This document shows positions 40,530-50,704 of a DNA stretch of 64,000 bases, piece by piece; the stretch's first letter is position 1; every line of letters begins with the position of its first letter. A program made the translations under genes and the position numbers. The notes beneath the pieces were generated by a model that saw only the letters and a program-made list of their open reading frames with translations, was not told where the DNA came from and ran no database searches. The stretch comes from an uncultured Gemmatimonadales bacterium. Lineage in GTDB: Bacteria > Gemmatimonadota > Gemmatimonadetes > Longimicrobiales > Longimicrobiaceae. Where the stretch lies: the NCBI GenBank assembly GCA_963716255.1, contig OY970303.1:6112001-6176000 (forward strand), in the 5' to 3' direction.

Positions 40530-41272
40530 CTGGCTGCTCGGCGATATTCTGGAGCCCTACGGCCCGTATCAGACCTGTTTTGATCGCTTCGTGCGCTGGG
40601 GTTGAGACGGTTCCTGGCTGCGGCTTCTCCAGACCTTGTAAGCGGAGGCCGACGCACGAGGCGATCTGGACTGGGACAGCGCCGCGCTGGAGGCGACGCA
40701 TCAAGGCACACCGCACCTCTGCGGGAGCATGCAAGGCTCCGACGCGTGCGAAAAGGAGGGGCTCGTGAGCGACGAGTGGATCGGCCACTCGCGCGGCGGA
40801 CGTACGACGAAGATCCACCTCTGCGCCAACGGGAAGGCCCGTCCGCTGGCGATAGTGGTCACAGCCGGGCAACGCAACGACGCAACGCATATGGAGCCGG
40901 TTCTCGATGCCATCCATGTGCCTCAGCGCCGTGGTCCGACACGAAAGCGTGCGAAGCGGCTGCGGATGGATCGGGCGTACAGGGCGAGGAAGTCCCGCAA
41001 GGTGCTGTGTAAACGCCGCATTCAGTGCATCGGCCCCAAGCGAAAGGATGCCCGCAAGGCGCGCCTGTCCAAGGGATCGTGCGGGGGACGCCCTCCTGCC
41101 CTGGATGCCGAAGCGTACACGGGCAGGAACGTGGTCGAGCGCTGCATCAACCGGCTCAAGGACTTCCAAGCTGTGTCGACTCGCTACGACAAGCGCGGTC
41201 ACAACTACTTGGCTGGTGTCCTCGTCGCCTTGATCATGCTCTGGCTCTAATTTTTCGTCAGACACACCCTAG
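40530..41272 (+). mobile_element. Degenerate IS5-family element, 5'-truncated
   Basis: Remnant YGPYQTCFDRFVRW*DG..L*AEADARGDLDW, then GHSRGGRTTKIH, MDRAY and RNVVERCINRLK..TRYDK; end sequence CAGACACACCCTAG. Confidence 0.85.
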
Positions 41273-41603
41273 TGCTGGGACTGCGTTGTGGTTCGAGTAG
41301 GCGCCGTTGCCGCTGCGGCTAGTAAGGTTCCTGGGGTAGACGTCTTCTAGAGGCTGCGGCAGAAGCTGGCCAGGAGACCTAGTGGAGCGCGCGCATTGAC
41401 CCGTTGGTGGTCAATTCGAAAAGGTCGCATGAATTCTGGGCCCTCCAACCAGGCTCGGTAGGATTTGCGGCCAATGTAGAACGCTAATAAAGTTGTTGAG
41501 GGAGGAAACACTGTTCAAATGCTTGACCTTCTTATAAGGAAGTGTAACATTCGGCCAACCATGCGCTAATTTTACCAAGGTTACCCACCAACACGAGACG
41601 AAA

Positions 41604-42714
41604 ATGCCAGAATTGGAACAAATGCGTGCATTCTTCGCATCGTACAAGTTGTACGTAGCGGAAGTGCTCGAACCTAATTATCGGACGATAAAGGAGGTCC
41701 TGAAGAGTTGGGAACATCCTGACTATTGGGCGTCGGTCCTGCGCGAAATTAGCCCTTCAATCGCAGACCGTCTGCCAAGTCCCTCGCCGGTTCAGCGGGT
41801 GCGGGTGCGGATTAAGCGCCCGGAGAGTGTAATGGATAAAATCTTCCGGAAACCCAGACTCGTTTCCAGATGGACTCGAATCAAGCAGCTTTCAAATGAT
41901 GGAAGATGCTCTTGGTGCAAGAATAGTGGTGTACTTTTTGGCTCACCTTCCTCTCGTCGATCGTGAAATTAGAAACCACCCGCAACTTGAGATTTCCTCG
42001 ACAAATCCTCCCATTGCTTACCTTCCGGCGGATCTATGCGACCGTCTGGCACTCACCCACATGCGACGCCTTGTCAAGGAGAGTGGGTACGCATCCATTC
42101 ACTACATTGTTCGTCTCCGCGATGAGAGAGTGCCCGAGGGAAATCGTCCGTGGTTTGAGATCCAAGTGCGTACGATTGTAGAGGATGCCTGGTCTGAGGT
42201 GGAACACATCTTGGGTTATAAACCTGGTCGGCATACTTCCCTCGCAGTGCGGCGGCAGTTCCAGATTATTAGCAAATTGTTAGTTGCCATCGATGAGCAC
42301 TTCAGCTTCTTAGGAGACGAACTCACCCGGTTTCAGATCGAATCTCCTGTGCGAGACGAGAATCCGTTAAATGCTGAAAATCTTCCCACGGTACTCGCAG
42401 ATCTGGCTTTAGGATGCGCCCAGAAGGAAATAGACGGTTTGCTCAAGGTCATGGCAAGCCGTGGTATCAATTCAGTTGGCGAGCTTCGGCGACTTGGAAC
42501 ACCAGGAACCGTTGAACTTATCCGCCATACATATCTTAACTCTGTTGGTCGCCAACCTAGCAATTTCGAAATCGTTGCCAATCTCGCTAATCTCTCGGGT
42601 GTAGCGTCACATGCTGCTCAAGTTGAACGGATTCGGGCGCAAATCGAATTCCTCGATATATGGGTCCAGATCAAGGGTGAATTGCATGATTCCATACATC
42701 CCGACCGGGCGTGA
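41604..42714 (+). pseudogene. RelA/SpoT-domain (small alarmone synthetase-like) gene split by a 1-nt frameshift
   Basis: RIKRPESVMDK in frame 1; DALGARIV, SGYASIHY and EIQVRT..AWSEVEH..YK in frame 2; removing one C at about 41853 joins them; AT-richer than the host. Confidence 0.8.
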
Positions 42715-42865
42715 TTCAGGTGCCCGTGTTATTGGATCCAACGTCAACTCCACGGCAACGGAGATCAAGGCATGCTTCTGTGCACCGGTCGCTACGGCAT
42801 ACTTGGCGCCCGTACGTAAATGTTTCGCTCGCGCTGGCTCATTCACCGTTGGGATACAGAACCGC

Positions 42866-42998
42866 ATGGTGGAAGTGCTTGTCTTCGGCGCAACCGGTAG
42901 CGTGAGGGGAAGCGTCCTCCGCGCTCTCTTGCCCCTCCCGCAGTTGAGGCGGTCCGGGCGGTCGTACGTCGTCCACTGACGCTCGCGACGACGAGCTC
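42866..42998 (+). pseudogene. Decayed duplicate of the 5' end of the 43743 gene
   Basis: VLVFGATGS..GSVLRA and ..VRRPLT.A align with 43743-43875, with indels. Confidence 0.75.
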
Positions 42999-43176
42999 TC
43001 CGCTTCCCGCGAGCTAGCGTCGTTGTTCAGAGACAGTCTGCGGCTGCCTGACGATACGCTACCGAGAACAGATGGCTAGACATGATCTCGGCCCGTCTTC
43101 CAGGTCTGGCGCATCAGTCTTCCATCACTGAGCTTGGGCGTTGGACAGCGTCAGGCCACACTCACAGCCAGCCACC

Positions 43177-43746
43177 GTGGACGATCGCATCCCCCCCGAG
43201 ACACGCGACGTGCTGCGCCACTTCCTCGCGGCGCTCGCCTATCGGACGCAGAAGGCGCTCCGCGGCGCGCCCGCCGACTTCGCCGACTTCTTGGCGGGCG
43301 CAGGCACGAGGACGCCGCGAGAGCTCGTTCGCCACATGGCGAGCGTCCTGGGCTACGCGCGCACATTTTTCGTGGGCGGCGTCTTCCAGGCCGAGCCGCT
43401 TCCGAGCTTCGAGGCCGAGGTCGAGCGGTTCCACGGGATCGCGGCCGACCTGGCGCAGCTTCTCGATGCGGGCGCTGCGCTGCGGGAGCTCACGCCGGAG
43501 CAGCTCCTCCAGGGTCCGTTCGCGGACGCCATGACGCACGCGGGGCAGCTTGCACTGCTGCGGCGTCTCGCGGGTTCCCCCGTGGCCTCCGAGAACTTTC
43601 TCTTCGCCGACATCTCAGCCGAACGCCTGGACGCGGCACAGGCGCTGCCGGCCGCTCCGACGCCCGCATGGATGGGGTGGCTGGTCGGGCTCGCGTGGCG
43701 CCTCGCGCGATGGAGCGCCAGGCACGGGCGGCAAGGCGACCGATGA
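43177..43746 (+). CDS. DinB-superfamily protein
   Basis: TPRELVRHM and DAMTHAGQLALLRRLAGSP motifs. Confidence 0.7.
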   Translation: MDDRIPPETRDVLRHFLAALAYRTQKALRGAPADFADFLAGAGTRTPRELVRHMASVLGYARTFFVGGVFQAEPLPSFEAEVERFHGIAADLAQLLDAGAALRELTPEQLLQGPFADAMTHAGQLALLRRLAGSPVASENFLFADISAERLDAAQALPAAPTPAWMGWLVGLAWRLARWSARHGRQGDR

Positions 43747-44387
43747 AGGTCCTCGTCTTCGGCGCGACCGGCTCCGCGGGGGGAAGCGTCCTCCGCGCCT
43801 GCCTTGTCTCGCCCCTGGTGGAGGAGGTTCGCGCCATCGTGCGTCGTCCGCTGACGATCGCGCACGACGGGCTCCGGGTGTTCGTCCACGACGATTTCCT
43901 GGACTACGGCGCGGTCGCGGAAGCGTTCGCAGGCGTCGACGCCTGCTTCTTCTGCCTGGGCATCTCCGCCTCGCAGGTGTCGGGCGAGGAGGAGTACCGC
44001 CGGATCACCCACGACTTCGCTCTGGCCGCCGCCCGCGCGCTCCGGCTGCACAGCCCCGCGGCGGCGTTTCACTTCGTCAGCGGGCGGGGCACCCGGCTGG
44101 ACAGCCGGATGATGTGGGCCCGCGTCAAGGCGGAGACCGAACGCGACCTGATCGCGGAGGTGGGCGCGGTGTGCTGGCGCCCGGCGTTCATCGACGGCGA
44201 GACGTCGAGCAGCGGGCCGCGAGCGTACCAGTGGCTGCGCCCCGTCTTCCGCGTGCTGGCGCCGGTCCGCGGCCTGTACGTCGCGGGCGGGGACCTGGGG
44301 CGCGCCATGATCCGGGCGACCGTGGAGGAGCAGCGTGCCCGTATTGTCGAGAACCCGGAGATCCGCAACCTCGCCTCCCGTGCCTGA
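43743..44387 (+). CDS. NAD(P)-binding epimerase/TIP30-like protein
   Basis: FGATGSAG, DACFFCLG and WARVKAETE motifs. Confidence 0.85.
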   Translation: MKVLVFGATGSAGGSVLRACLVSPLVEEVRAIVRRPLTIAHDGLRVFVHDDFLDYGAVAEAFAGVDACFFCLGISASQVSGEEEYRRITHDFALAAARALRLHSPAAAFHFVSGRGTRLDSRMMWARVKAETERDLIAEVGAVCWRPAFIDGETSSSGPRAYQWLRPVFRVLAPVRGLYVAGGDLGRAMIRATVEEQRARIVENPEIRNLASRA

Positions 44388-44423
44388 GGCCCCGCCTGCC
44401 CGCCTTCCATCCCGCAGAACGCC

Positions 44424-44858
44424 ATGAGCGAGCGAGACCCTCGAGCCGGCGCCGGCCCCGTCCGCGAGTTCTTCCCGTACCTGTGCGTGCGTGGCGCGGC
44501 GGAGGCCATCGCGTTCTACTCGCGCGTCTTCGGCGCGCGGGAGGGCGCGCGCCTGACCGGGCCGGATGGCCGCGTGGCGCACGCCGAGCTGGAGCTGGGA
44601 CCCGTCACGCTGATGCTGGCGGACGAGCATCCTGAGGGCGGGTTCCTGAGCCCGCTGAGCCTGGGAGGCACGGCGACCCGGTTCCACCTGCACGTGGCCG
44701 ACGTGGACCTCCTCGCGCGTCGCGCGGTGGAGGCCGGCGCCACGCTGCTGCGCGAGCCCGCCGACCAGGACCACGGGGAGCGCCAGTGCCTGCTGCGCGA
44801 CCCGTTCGGGCACGAGTGGCTGCTGGGACACGAGATCGAAGCGTTTCCCGCGGAGTAA
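44424..44858 (+). CDS. VOC family (PhnB-like) protein
   Basis: PYLCVRGAAEAIAFY, HAELELG and RDPFGHEW motifs. Confidence 0.9.
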   Translation: MSERDPRAGAGPVREFFPYLCVRGAAEAIAFYSRVFGAREGARLTGPDGRVAHAELELGPVTLMLADEHPEGGFLSPLSLGGTATRFHLHVADVDLLARRAVEAGATLLREPADQDHGERQCLLRDPFGHEWLLGHEIEAFPAE

Positions 44859-45004
44859 GCCCGGCGCCGCGGGCGACGGGTGGCTGCGGTGGATGCGGGA
44901 CCGCTTGGAACCCTCCGCGCCGTCCACTAGATTGCCACCCTCCGGCCGGCAGCATCGCCGCACCGCCCCATCGTATCCATCTCCAGACGCAGTAGAGAAT
45001 CGTC

Positions 45005-45697
45005 ATGCCAGTTGATCGCGGCGCCATCGACGCGCAGCTCCGGGAAATCGGCGAGGGCGAGCGCTGGTGGGAGCAGCGCGAGTTCCGCGACCTCCCGTAC
45101 ATCCTGCAGGCCGACGAGCAGATCCGGGGGATCATCAACGGCAAGATCCTCGGCTCGTGGCCTCGCCCGCGGGTCCGGCCGAGCGGTGCGTGGCTCATCG
45201 TGGTGACCAGCCAGCGCCTCATCGGCCTCAAGCAGGAGCGCTTCGGCCGGAAGCAGGTGGAGGTCGCCGCGGGCCAGATCAAGCGCGTCCACGAGAGCAG
45301 CCGCCTCCGCGCGTTCCAGATCATCCTCGAGACCACGCAGCAGCGCTACCGGATCCGCATCCCCAAGGAAGACGCGTTCCGGTTCTCCAGGGCGCTCTCG
45401 CCGCTCATCCCGGACGCGCCCGTGCAGGCGCTGCATCCCGCGCTGCAGGAGTGGTCGTGGGTGCCGGGCATCTCCACCGTGGCCGCTCTTCCCGGAGTGG
45501 GCGGGATCGTGTCCAAGGCTTCGCTGCTCGCCCCGCCGGACTACGCGAGCCGCGCCCAGGTCGAGCGGCTGGAGGCCACCGTCGAGCAGCTCCAGGGGAG
45601 CGTCGAGCGACTCCAGCAGCAGGTCGCGTTCCTGGAGGACCTGCTGCAGAAGCAGTCCGAGGAAGCATTCCTCGCGCGGTCCACGCCGGGCGCGTAG
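45005..45697 (+). CDS. Bacterial PH-domain protein with C-terminal coiled coil
   Basis: LQADEQI..IING, IVVTSQRLI motifs; heptad-rich tail. Confidence 0.6.
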   Translation: MPVDRGAIDAQLREIGEGERWWEQREFRDLPYILQADEQIRGIINGKILGSWPRPRVRPSGAWLIVVTSQRLIGLKQERFGRKQVEVAAGQIKRVHESSRLRAFQIILETTQQRYRIRIPKEDAFRFSRALSPLIPDAPVQALHPALQEWSWVPGISTVAALPGVGGIVSKASLLAPPDYASRAQVERLEATVEQLQGSVERLQQQVAFLEDLLQKQSEEAFLARSTPGA

Positions 45698-45759
45698 CCG
45701 CTGCGCCCGGCGAGGCTCCCGTCGTCCGGGCCCTCCGCACCCACCCGCTCCGCGAGCCG

Positions 45760-46257
45760 ATGCCGCGTCTGCTGCGAATCCTGCCGGTCGTCTGCCTGCT
45801 CGTGCTCGGCGCGTGCGCGGTCCGTTCGGCGCACGAATTCTCGGTCGCTACCCGTCCGTCCGCCGACGCGGACCGGGCCGCCATCCTGGAGCTGAGCCGG
45901 CGCTTTTCCGCGGCGTACGTGCGCGGCGACGTGGCCGCCATGGTGGCGGCGTACACGCCCGACGCGGTGATCTTCCCGGGCAACTCGGAGATGCTGCGCG
46001 GCCACGACGCCATCCGCGGCTACTGGACGCTCGCCCCGGGCGCGCGCATCACCCGGCACGGGGCCACTCCCACGGAGATCCGGGTGGAGGGCGACCACGC
46101 GTACGACTACGGCGTCTACGAGGTCGCGGGAGAGCGGGACGGGCAGGCGTGGGGCCCCATCCCCGGCAAGTACGTGATCGTCTGGCGCCGCGGGCCGGAG
46201 GGATGGCGGATGCACCTGGACATGTGGAACTCGCGTCCGCAGCCGCCGCGGCCCTGA
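45760..46257 (+). CDS. YybH/DUF4440 NTF2-like lipoprotein
   Basis: LGAC lipobox, YTPDAV, GHDAIR and GKYVIVWRR motifs. Confidence 0.8.
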   Translation: MPRLLRILPVVCLLVLGACAVRSAHEFSVATRPSADADRAAILELSRRFSAAYVRGDVAAMVAAYTPDAVIFPGNSEMLRGHDAIRGYWTLAPGARITRHGATPTEIRVEGDHAYDYGVYEVAGERDGQAWGPIPGKYVIVWRRGPEGWRMHLDMWNSRPQPPRP

Positions 46258-46295
46258 GGCGCCCGCGCGGGCCCGGCAACGCAAGGGGGGATGGA

Positions 46296-46841
46296 ATGGC
46301 CGAGATGCAGGTGGCGCTGCTGCGCGGCATCAACGTGGGCCGCGCCAAGCGGGTCGCGATGGCCGACCTGCGCGCGCTGGTGGCGGAGCTGGGCTACGGC
46401 GACGTGCGCACGCTCCTCAACAGCGGCAACGTCGTCTACTCCGCGCCCGGGGTCGCCCCGGACGAAGCCGCGGAGCGCATCGAGGCGGCGATCCGGGCGC
46501 GGCTGGGGATCACCTCCCGGGTCACGGTGCTCACCGCGGCGGAGGTCGCGGCGGCGGTGGCCGGCAACCCGCTGGGAGGGGTGGCGGACAACCCCTCGCG
46601 GCTGTTCGTCGCCGTGCTCCGCGACCCCGCGGACCGCGCGAAGCTGGAGCCGCTGGCGGAGCGGGACTGGGGGCGCGAGGTGCTGGCCCTGGGCGAGCGC
46701 GTCGCGTACCTGTGGTGTCCGGACGGGTCGACGGGGAGCCAGCTCCCCGAGGCCGTGGGCCGCGCGCTGGGAGACGCGGTGACCACGCGCAACTGGGCGA
46801 CCCTCACCAAGCTCCACGCCCTCGCCGGCGGTCCGGGCTGA
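46296..46841 (+). CDS. DUF1697 family protein
   Basis: VALLRGINVG, MADL, SGNVV and TTRNWAT motifs. Confidence 0.9.
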   Translation: MAEMQVALLRGINVGRAKRVAMADLRALVAELGYGDVRTLLNSGNVVYSAPGVAPDEAAERIEAAIRARLGITSRVTVLTAAEVAAAVAGNPLGGVADNPSRLFVAVLRDPADRAKLEPLAERDWGREVLALGERVAYLWCPDGSTGSQLPEAVGRALGDAVTTRNWATLTKLHALAGGPG

Positions 46842-46903
46842 TCCGGCGGGCGGCATCGATCCCGGGATCCTCCCTCTGCGGTCGCACCCCACCACTTTCA
46901 CCC

Positions 46904-47353
46904 GTGGCCCGGCACTTGGAACGCGAGCTCCCCATCCGGATCACCGTCGTCCGCCCGCCGCCCGGCGTCGATTTCGCGGTGCAGCGCGGGCGCTTCGAGC
47001 TTCTTGCGCCGCGGGAGGCGGAGCCCGGTGCGATCTGCTTCGACTTCGTGCTCCGCGTGGCGGCGAGACCCCCGGGAGGCGAGCCCAACTTCCTCGGACC
47101 GTACGCGCAGGGCACGCCCGCCGACCGCTTCGTCTACGTCAACTCCGGGACGTCCGCCGGCCAGGCCGGCTCCTGCTGGACGCGCAGGGCCAAGGTGCGC
47201 CTGTCCGGCATCGGCTGGGACGCGGTCGAGCAGGTGCTGGCCGCGCCGGCGGCCCGCCTGGAGGCCCGGATCGAGGGAACGGGCCGGGACGGCGGCCCCG
47301 CGTGCGCCTCCGTCCCGCTGCTGGGCGGTGGCTGGAAGCCGTGCGGCGCATGA
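46904..47353 (+). CDS. DUF5990-like protein
   Basis: FLGPYAQG..DRFVYV, WTRRAKV.L and GGPACASV motifs. Confidence 0.7.
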   Translation: MARHLERELPIRITVVRPPPGVDFAVQRGRFELLAPREAEPGAICFDFVLRVAARPPGGEPNFLGPYAQGTPADRFVYVNSGTSAGQAGSCWTRRAKVRLSGIGWDAVEQVLAAPAARLEARIEGTGRDGGPACASVPLLGGGWKPCGA

Positions 47354-47635
47354 GGCGCCGCCCGGAGCGGCCGGGCCGGCGAGGCCGATGATCGCATCCA
47401 GGCTCTCCGCCAGCGGCACGCCAGGAAGCCGTCCCTCCTCCAGCGGCTCGCGAAAGCAAATCTCTCCGGCACGCCCCGATTGCCGTAGAGACGAGCTTCC
47501 CACCTTACACGACACCCGCATGAGAGCGTACCCGCTGCTCCTTCTCCTGATCGGGCTTTCCGCCCCCCGTCTCGCGCCTGCCGGATGACCTGCCAGACCC
47601 ACGCCCACTGAGCCACAGCCGACCGGGAAAAGACG

Positions 47636-48025
47636 ATGCACGGAACGTTCGCGTGGAACGAGCTGGCGACCTCCGACGTGGACGCCGCCCGGACCTTCTA
47701 TGCCGGGGCCCTGGGCTGGACGTTCGAGGAGTTCCCGCTGCCGGACGGCCCCTACTGGGTGGCGAAGTCCGGGGACAGGGTGGTCGGGGGCCTCGGCGGG
47801 ATGGAAACCGGCGCGGTCCCCGGCGACGCGTCCTACTGGTTCGCGTTCGTGGAGGTCGACGACGTGGACGCCCGCCTGACGAAGGCGACCGCGCTGGGAG
47901 CCACGGTGCTCCAGCCTCCCCAGGACGTGCCGGGCGTGGGCCGCGTCGCCGTGCTGCGCGACCCCACGGGCGCGGCGGTCGGCTGGATGACGGCGCCGCG
48001 GCCCGATCCTTCCACAGCGGGCTGA
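47636..48025 (+). CDS. VOC family (glyoxalase-like) protein
   Basis: FAWNEL.T.D..AARTFY..LGW, VDDVD and GRVAVLRDPTGA motifs. Confidence 0.9.
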   Translation: MHGTFAWNELATSDVDAARTFYAGALGWTFEEFPLPDGPYWVAKSGDRVVGGLGGMETGAVPGDASYWFAFVEVDDVDARLTKATALGATVLQPPQDVPGVGRVAVLRDPTGAAVGWMTAPRPDPSTAG

Positions 48026-48095
48026 GAGCCGCGCGCCGACTGCCGGCGCGCCCTCTCGTCCGCAGCCCTGTCCACACGCACCGGACCGAACCCGC

Positions 48096-48458
48096 ATGAC
48101 CCCGCCCCGTGGGCTCTTCCATTTGCTCGTCCTGGTGCTTCTGCTCGGCGTGCCGCTGCTCCCGGGCACGGCGGCCGCGCGGCAGAGCGGCGCCGTCCTG
48201 CAGAGCCGGGTCGACCGGCTGGAAAGGAAAGTGGACGACCTGACCCACGAGAAAGCGCACACCGGGGCCGTCGTGTTCCTGTTCGGGGCGTTCTGCGCGC
48301 TCTGGGCCCAGAACACGGGCCGGAACCCCTGGCTCTGGTTCGTGCTGGGAATCTTCTTCAGCGTGGTCGCCGTCCTCTTCCTGCTTCGCAAGAACGCGGA
48401 CGACGCGCGCGAGTCCGCGTCCCCGCCGTTCGACCTGGAGCGGTTCCGCAAGCAGTAG
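48096..48458 (+). CDS. Hypothetical membrane protein
   Basis: Signal peptide, short coiled coil and two TM segments (WAQNTGRNPWLWF). Confidence 0.65.
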   Translation: MTPPRGLFHLLVLVLLLGVPLLPGTAAARQSGAVLQSRVDRLERKVDDLTHEKAHTGAVVFLFGAFCALWAQNTGRNPWLWFVLGIFFSVVAVLFLLRKNADDARESASPPFDLERFRKQ

Positions 48459-48478
48459 ACGACCCGCAGGAGGGAGCC

Positions 48479-49423
48479 ATGCCACGCCCCACGATGCCGG
48501 GAAAGCTCCGTAGCCTCACGCTGCTGGTCCTGCTGCTCGCCGTGCCGCGGCACGGGGGCGCGCAGGAGATGGTGCGGCTGATGGAGCAGGCGGATTCCGC
48601 CGAGTCGGGGGGGCGCTTCCAGGCCGCGGGGGAGCTGTACGAGCGCGCCTTCGGCGTCTCGGGCGAGGAGATGGTGCTCCGCTACCTGGCTGCGCGAGTC
48701 TGGGCGCGGGCGGGACAGCCGGACCGGGCGTTCGCCGCGCTGGAATCGGTGGTCCGTGCCGGATGGCCGCACGCCGCGCGCACCCGCGTGGACACGCTGC
48801 TCGCCCCGCTCCACGCGGACCCGCGGTGGGCACGCCTCATAGCGGAGGCGGACGCGCGCGCCGCAGCGTTCGACACGGCGCTGCGCGACGAGCTGCTGCG
48901 CCTCGCCGAGGAGGACCAGCGCGCCCGGTCGGGGATCGGAGCGATCCTCCAGCGGCACGGGCGCGCCTCGCCGCAGGCCGATTCCGCCATCGCGGCGATG
49001 GCCGCCGCCAACCTCCCGGTGCAGGCCAGGCTGCGCGCGATCGTCGCCGGGCGCGGCTGGCCCGACCGCCGCCTGGTCGCCGACGACGGGGCGCACGCGG
49101 CGTGGCTCCTGCTCCAGCACGCCGACTCCGCCTTCCAGCGGGAAGTGCTCCCCGCCGTACGGCGGGCCGCGGCGGCCGGGAACGCCCGGCTCGCCGACGC
49201 GGCGTACCTGGAAGACCGGGTGCTCATGGGGCAGGGGCGCCCGCAGCGCTTCGGCACGCAGCTGCGCTTCGACGAGGCGACCGGGCGGCTCGCGCTCTAC
49301 CCCATCGAGGACGAGGCGCGGGTGGACGAGCGGCGGGCGGCGGCCGGCATGGGACCGCTCGCCGACTACCTGGCGACGCAGGGGATCGAGTACCGGGGTC
49401 CCGGTGCGGGACGGACGCCCTGA
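48479..49423 (+). CDS. Secreted TPR-like plus DUF6624-like protein
   Basis: EDQRAR, GWP..LV, AWLLLQHAD, AYLEDR, QRFGTQ and VDERRAAAGM motifs. Confidence 0.75.
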   Translation: MPRPTMPGKLRSLTLLVLLLAVPRHGGAQEMVRLMEQADSAESGGRFQAAGELYERAFGVSGEEMVLRYLAARVWARAGQPDRAFAALESVVRAGWPHAARTRVDTLLAPLHADPRWARLIAEADARAAAFDTALRDELLRLAEEDQRARSGIGAILQRHGRASPQADSAIAAMAAANLPVQARLRAIVAGRGWPDRRLVADDGAHAAWLLLQHADSAFQREVLPAVRRAAAAGNARLADAAYLEDRVLMGQGRPQRFGTQLRFDEATGRLALYPIEDEARVDERRAAAGMGPLADYLATQGIEYRGPGAGRTP

Positions 49424-49541
49424 GCGGGGAGCACGACGGAGACCGGGGACGGCGCGGCGCGCCGCCGCCCTTGCCGGGGCGGGGGGCGCGCCCGCAGCTT
49501 GGGGACGCCAGCCGCAACCGTCCCCCAGGCCCGGAGCCTCC

Positions 49542-50312
49542 ATGAGCGAGCACGTCCTCGTAGAGACCGGCGACGCGGTCGTCCGCGTCCGCCTCAACCG
49601 CCCCGAGAAGAAGAACGCGCTCACGCTGGAGATGTACGCGGCCATGGCGGACGCGCTTCTGGCCGCCGCCGACGATCCCGCCGTGCGCGTGGTGCTGCTC
49701 GCCGCCGAGGGCGACGCCTTCACCGCCGGCAACGACCTGGGCGACTTCCTCCAGCGCCCCCCCACCGACGAGAGCAGCCCCGTGCTGCGCTTCCTGAACG
49801 CGCTCATCGCCTCGCCGAAGCCGGTGGTGGCCGCAGTGCAGGGGCTGGCGGTGGGCGTGGGGACCACGCTGCTGCTGCACTGCGACCTCGTGTACGTTGG
49901 GCGCGGCGCGCGCTTCCACCTCCCCTTCGTGGGCCTGGGGCTGGTCCCCGAGGCGGGGTCGAGCCTGCTCCTCCCGCAGCGCGTGGGGCAGGCCCGCGCC
50001 GCCGAGATGCTCCTGCTGGGCGAGCCGTTCGGGGCGGAGGAGGGGCTGGCGATGGGGGTGGTGAGCGCCGTGTTCCCCGACGAGGAGCTGGCCGCGCGGG
50101 TGGAGGAGCGGGTCCGGCGCCTCGCCGCGCAGCCGCCCGCCGCGGTCCGCATCACCCGCTCGCTGATGCGCCGCGCGGACCGTGCCGCGCTCCCCGCGCA
50201 CATGCACGAGGAGTCCGCCCTCTTCCTGGAGCGGCTGCGCTCCCCCGAGGCGCGCGAGGCCATGCAGGCGTTCATGGAGCGCCGCCAGCCCGACTTTTCC
50301 CGCTTCAGCTGA
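49542..50312 (+). CDS. Enoyl-CoA hydratase/isomerase family protein
   Basis: LNRPEKKNAL, FTAGND, AVGVG..LLLHCD and LGLVPEAGSS motifs. Confidence 0.93.
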   Translation: MSEHVLVETGDAVVRVRLNRPEKKNALTLEMYAAMADALLAAADDPAVRVVLLAAEGDAFTAGNDLGDFLQRPPTDESSPVLRFLNALIASPKPVVAAVQGLAVGVGTTLLLHCDLVYVGRGARFHLPFVGLGLVPEAGSSLLLPQRVGQARAAEMLLLGEPFGAEEGLAMGVVSAVFPDEELAARVEERVRRLAAQPPAAVRITRSLMRRADRAALPAHMHEESALFLERLRSPEAREAMQAFMERRQPDFSRFS

Positions 50313-50704
50313 TGCCGCGTCCGCAGGTGGGGCCCGCCTGGGAAGCCTTTCAGGCGGCGTCGGAAGCCCGGCGGAGGGACGTGCACGACGCGGCGAAGGC
50401 GGCGGCGCTGGGCGCGGCGCGCACCGCCCTGGACGAGGCGCTGGTGGACGTGCTGGCGCGCGTCCCCTACCGCACCCGGCGGGTGGCGGAGCTGCGCCCC
50501 GGGCGCGACGGCGGGCAGGTGCACCTGGCCGTCAACGGCGGCGCCGCCATCGGGGGATGGAGCCGCGCCGCGGGGCAGACACTCTGCGGCACCCCGCCCG
50601 GCCGCTTCGGCGGCGACCGGGCGGTGAGCTGCGCCGCCTGTCTCCGGCTCCTCGACCGGCACGTGGACCTGGAGATGGACCCGCCGGAGCTCGCGCTCTT
50701 CTGA
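50312..50704 (+). CDS. Hypothetical protein, possible zinc binder
   Basis: TGATG coupling to the upstream gene; H..LCG..CAAC pattern. Confidence 0.6.
   Translation: MPRPQVGPAWEAFQAASEARRRDVHDAAKAAALGAARTALDEALVDVLARVPYRTRRVAELRPGRDGGQVHLAVNGGAAIGGWSRAAGQTLCGTPPGRFGGDRAVSCAACLRLLDRHVDLEMDPPELALF

Noticed and set aside
40729..41250. Active IS5 transposase using a programmed frameshift
   Set aside because: The upstream half has two in-frame stops, an extra frameshift and no visible left end, so it is a decayed remnant.
43177..50704. Integron cassette array of small co-oriented genes
   Set aside because: No repeated attC-like sites (RYYYAAC...GTTRRRY) in the spacers and no integrase in the window.
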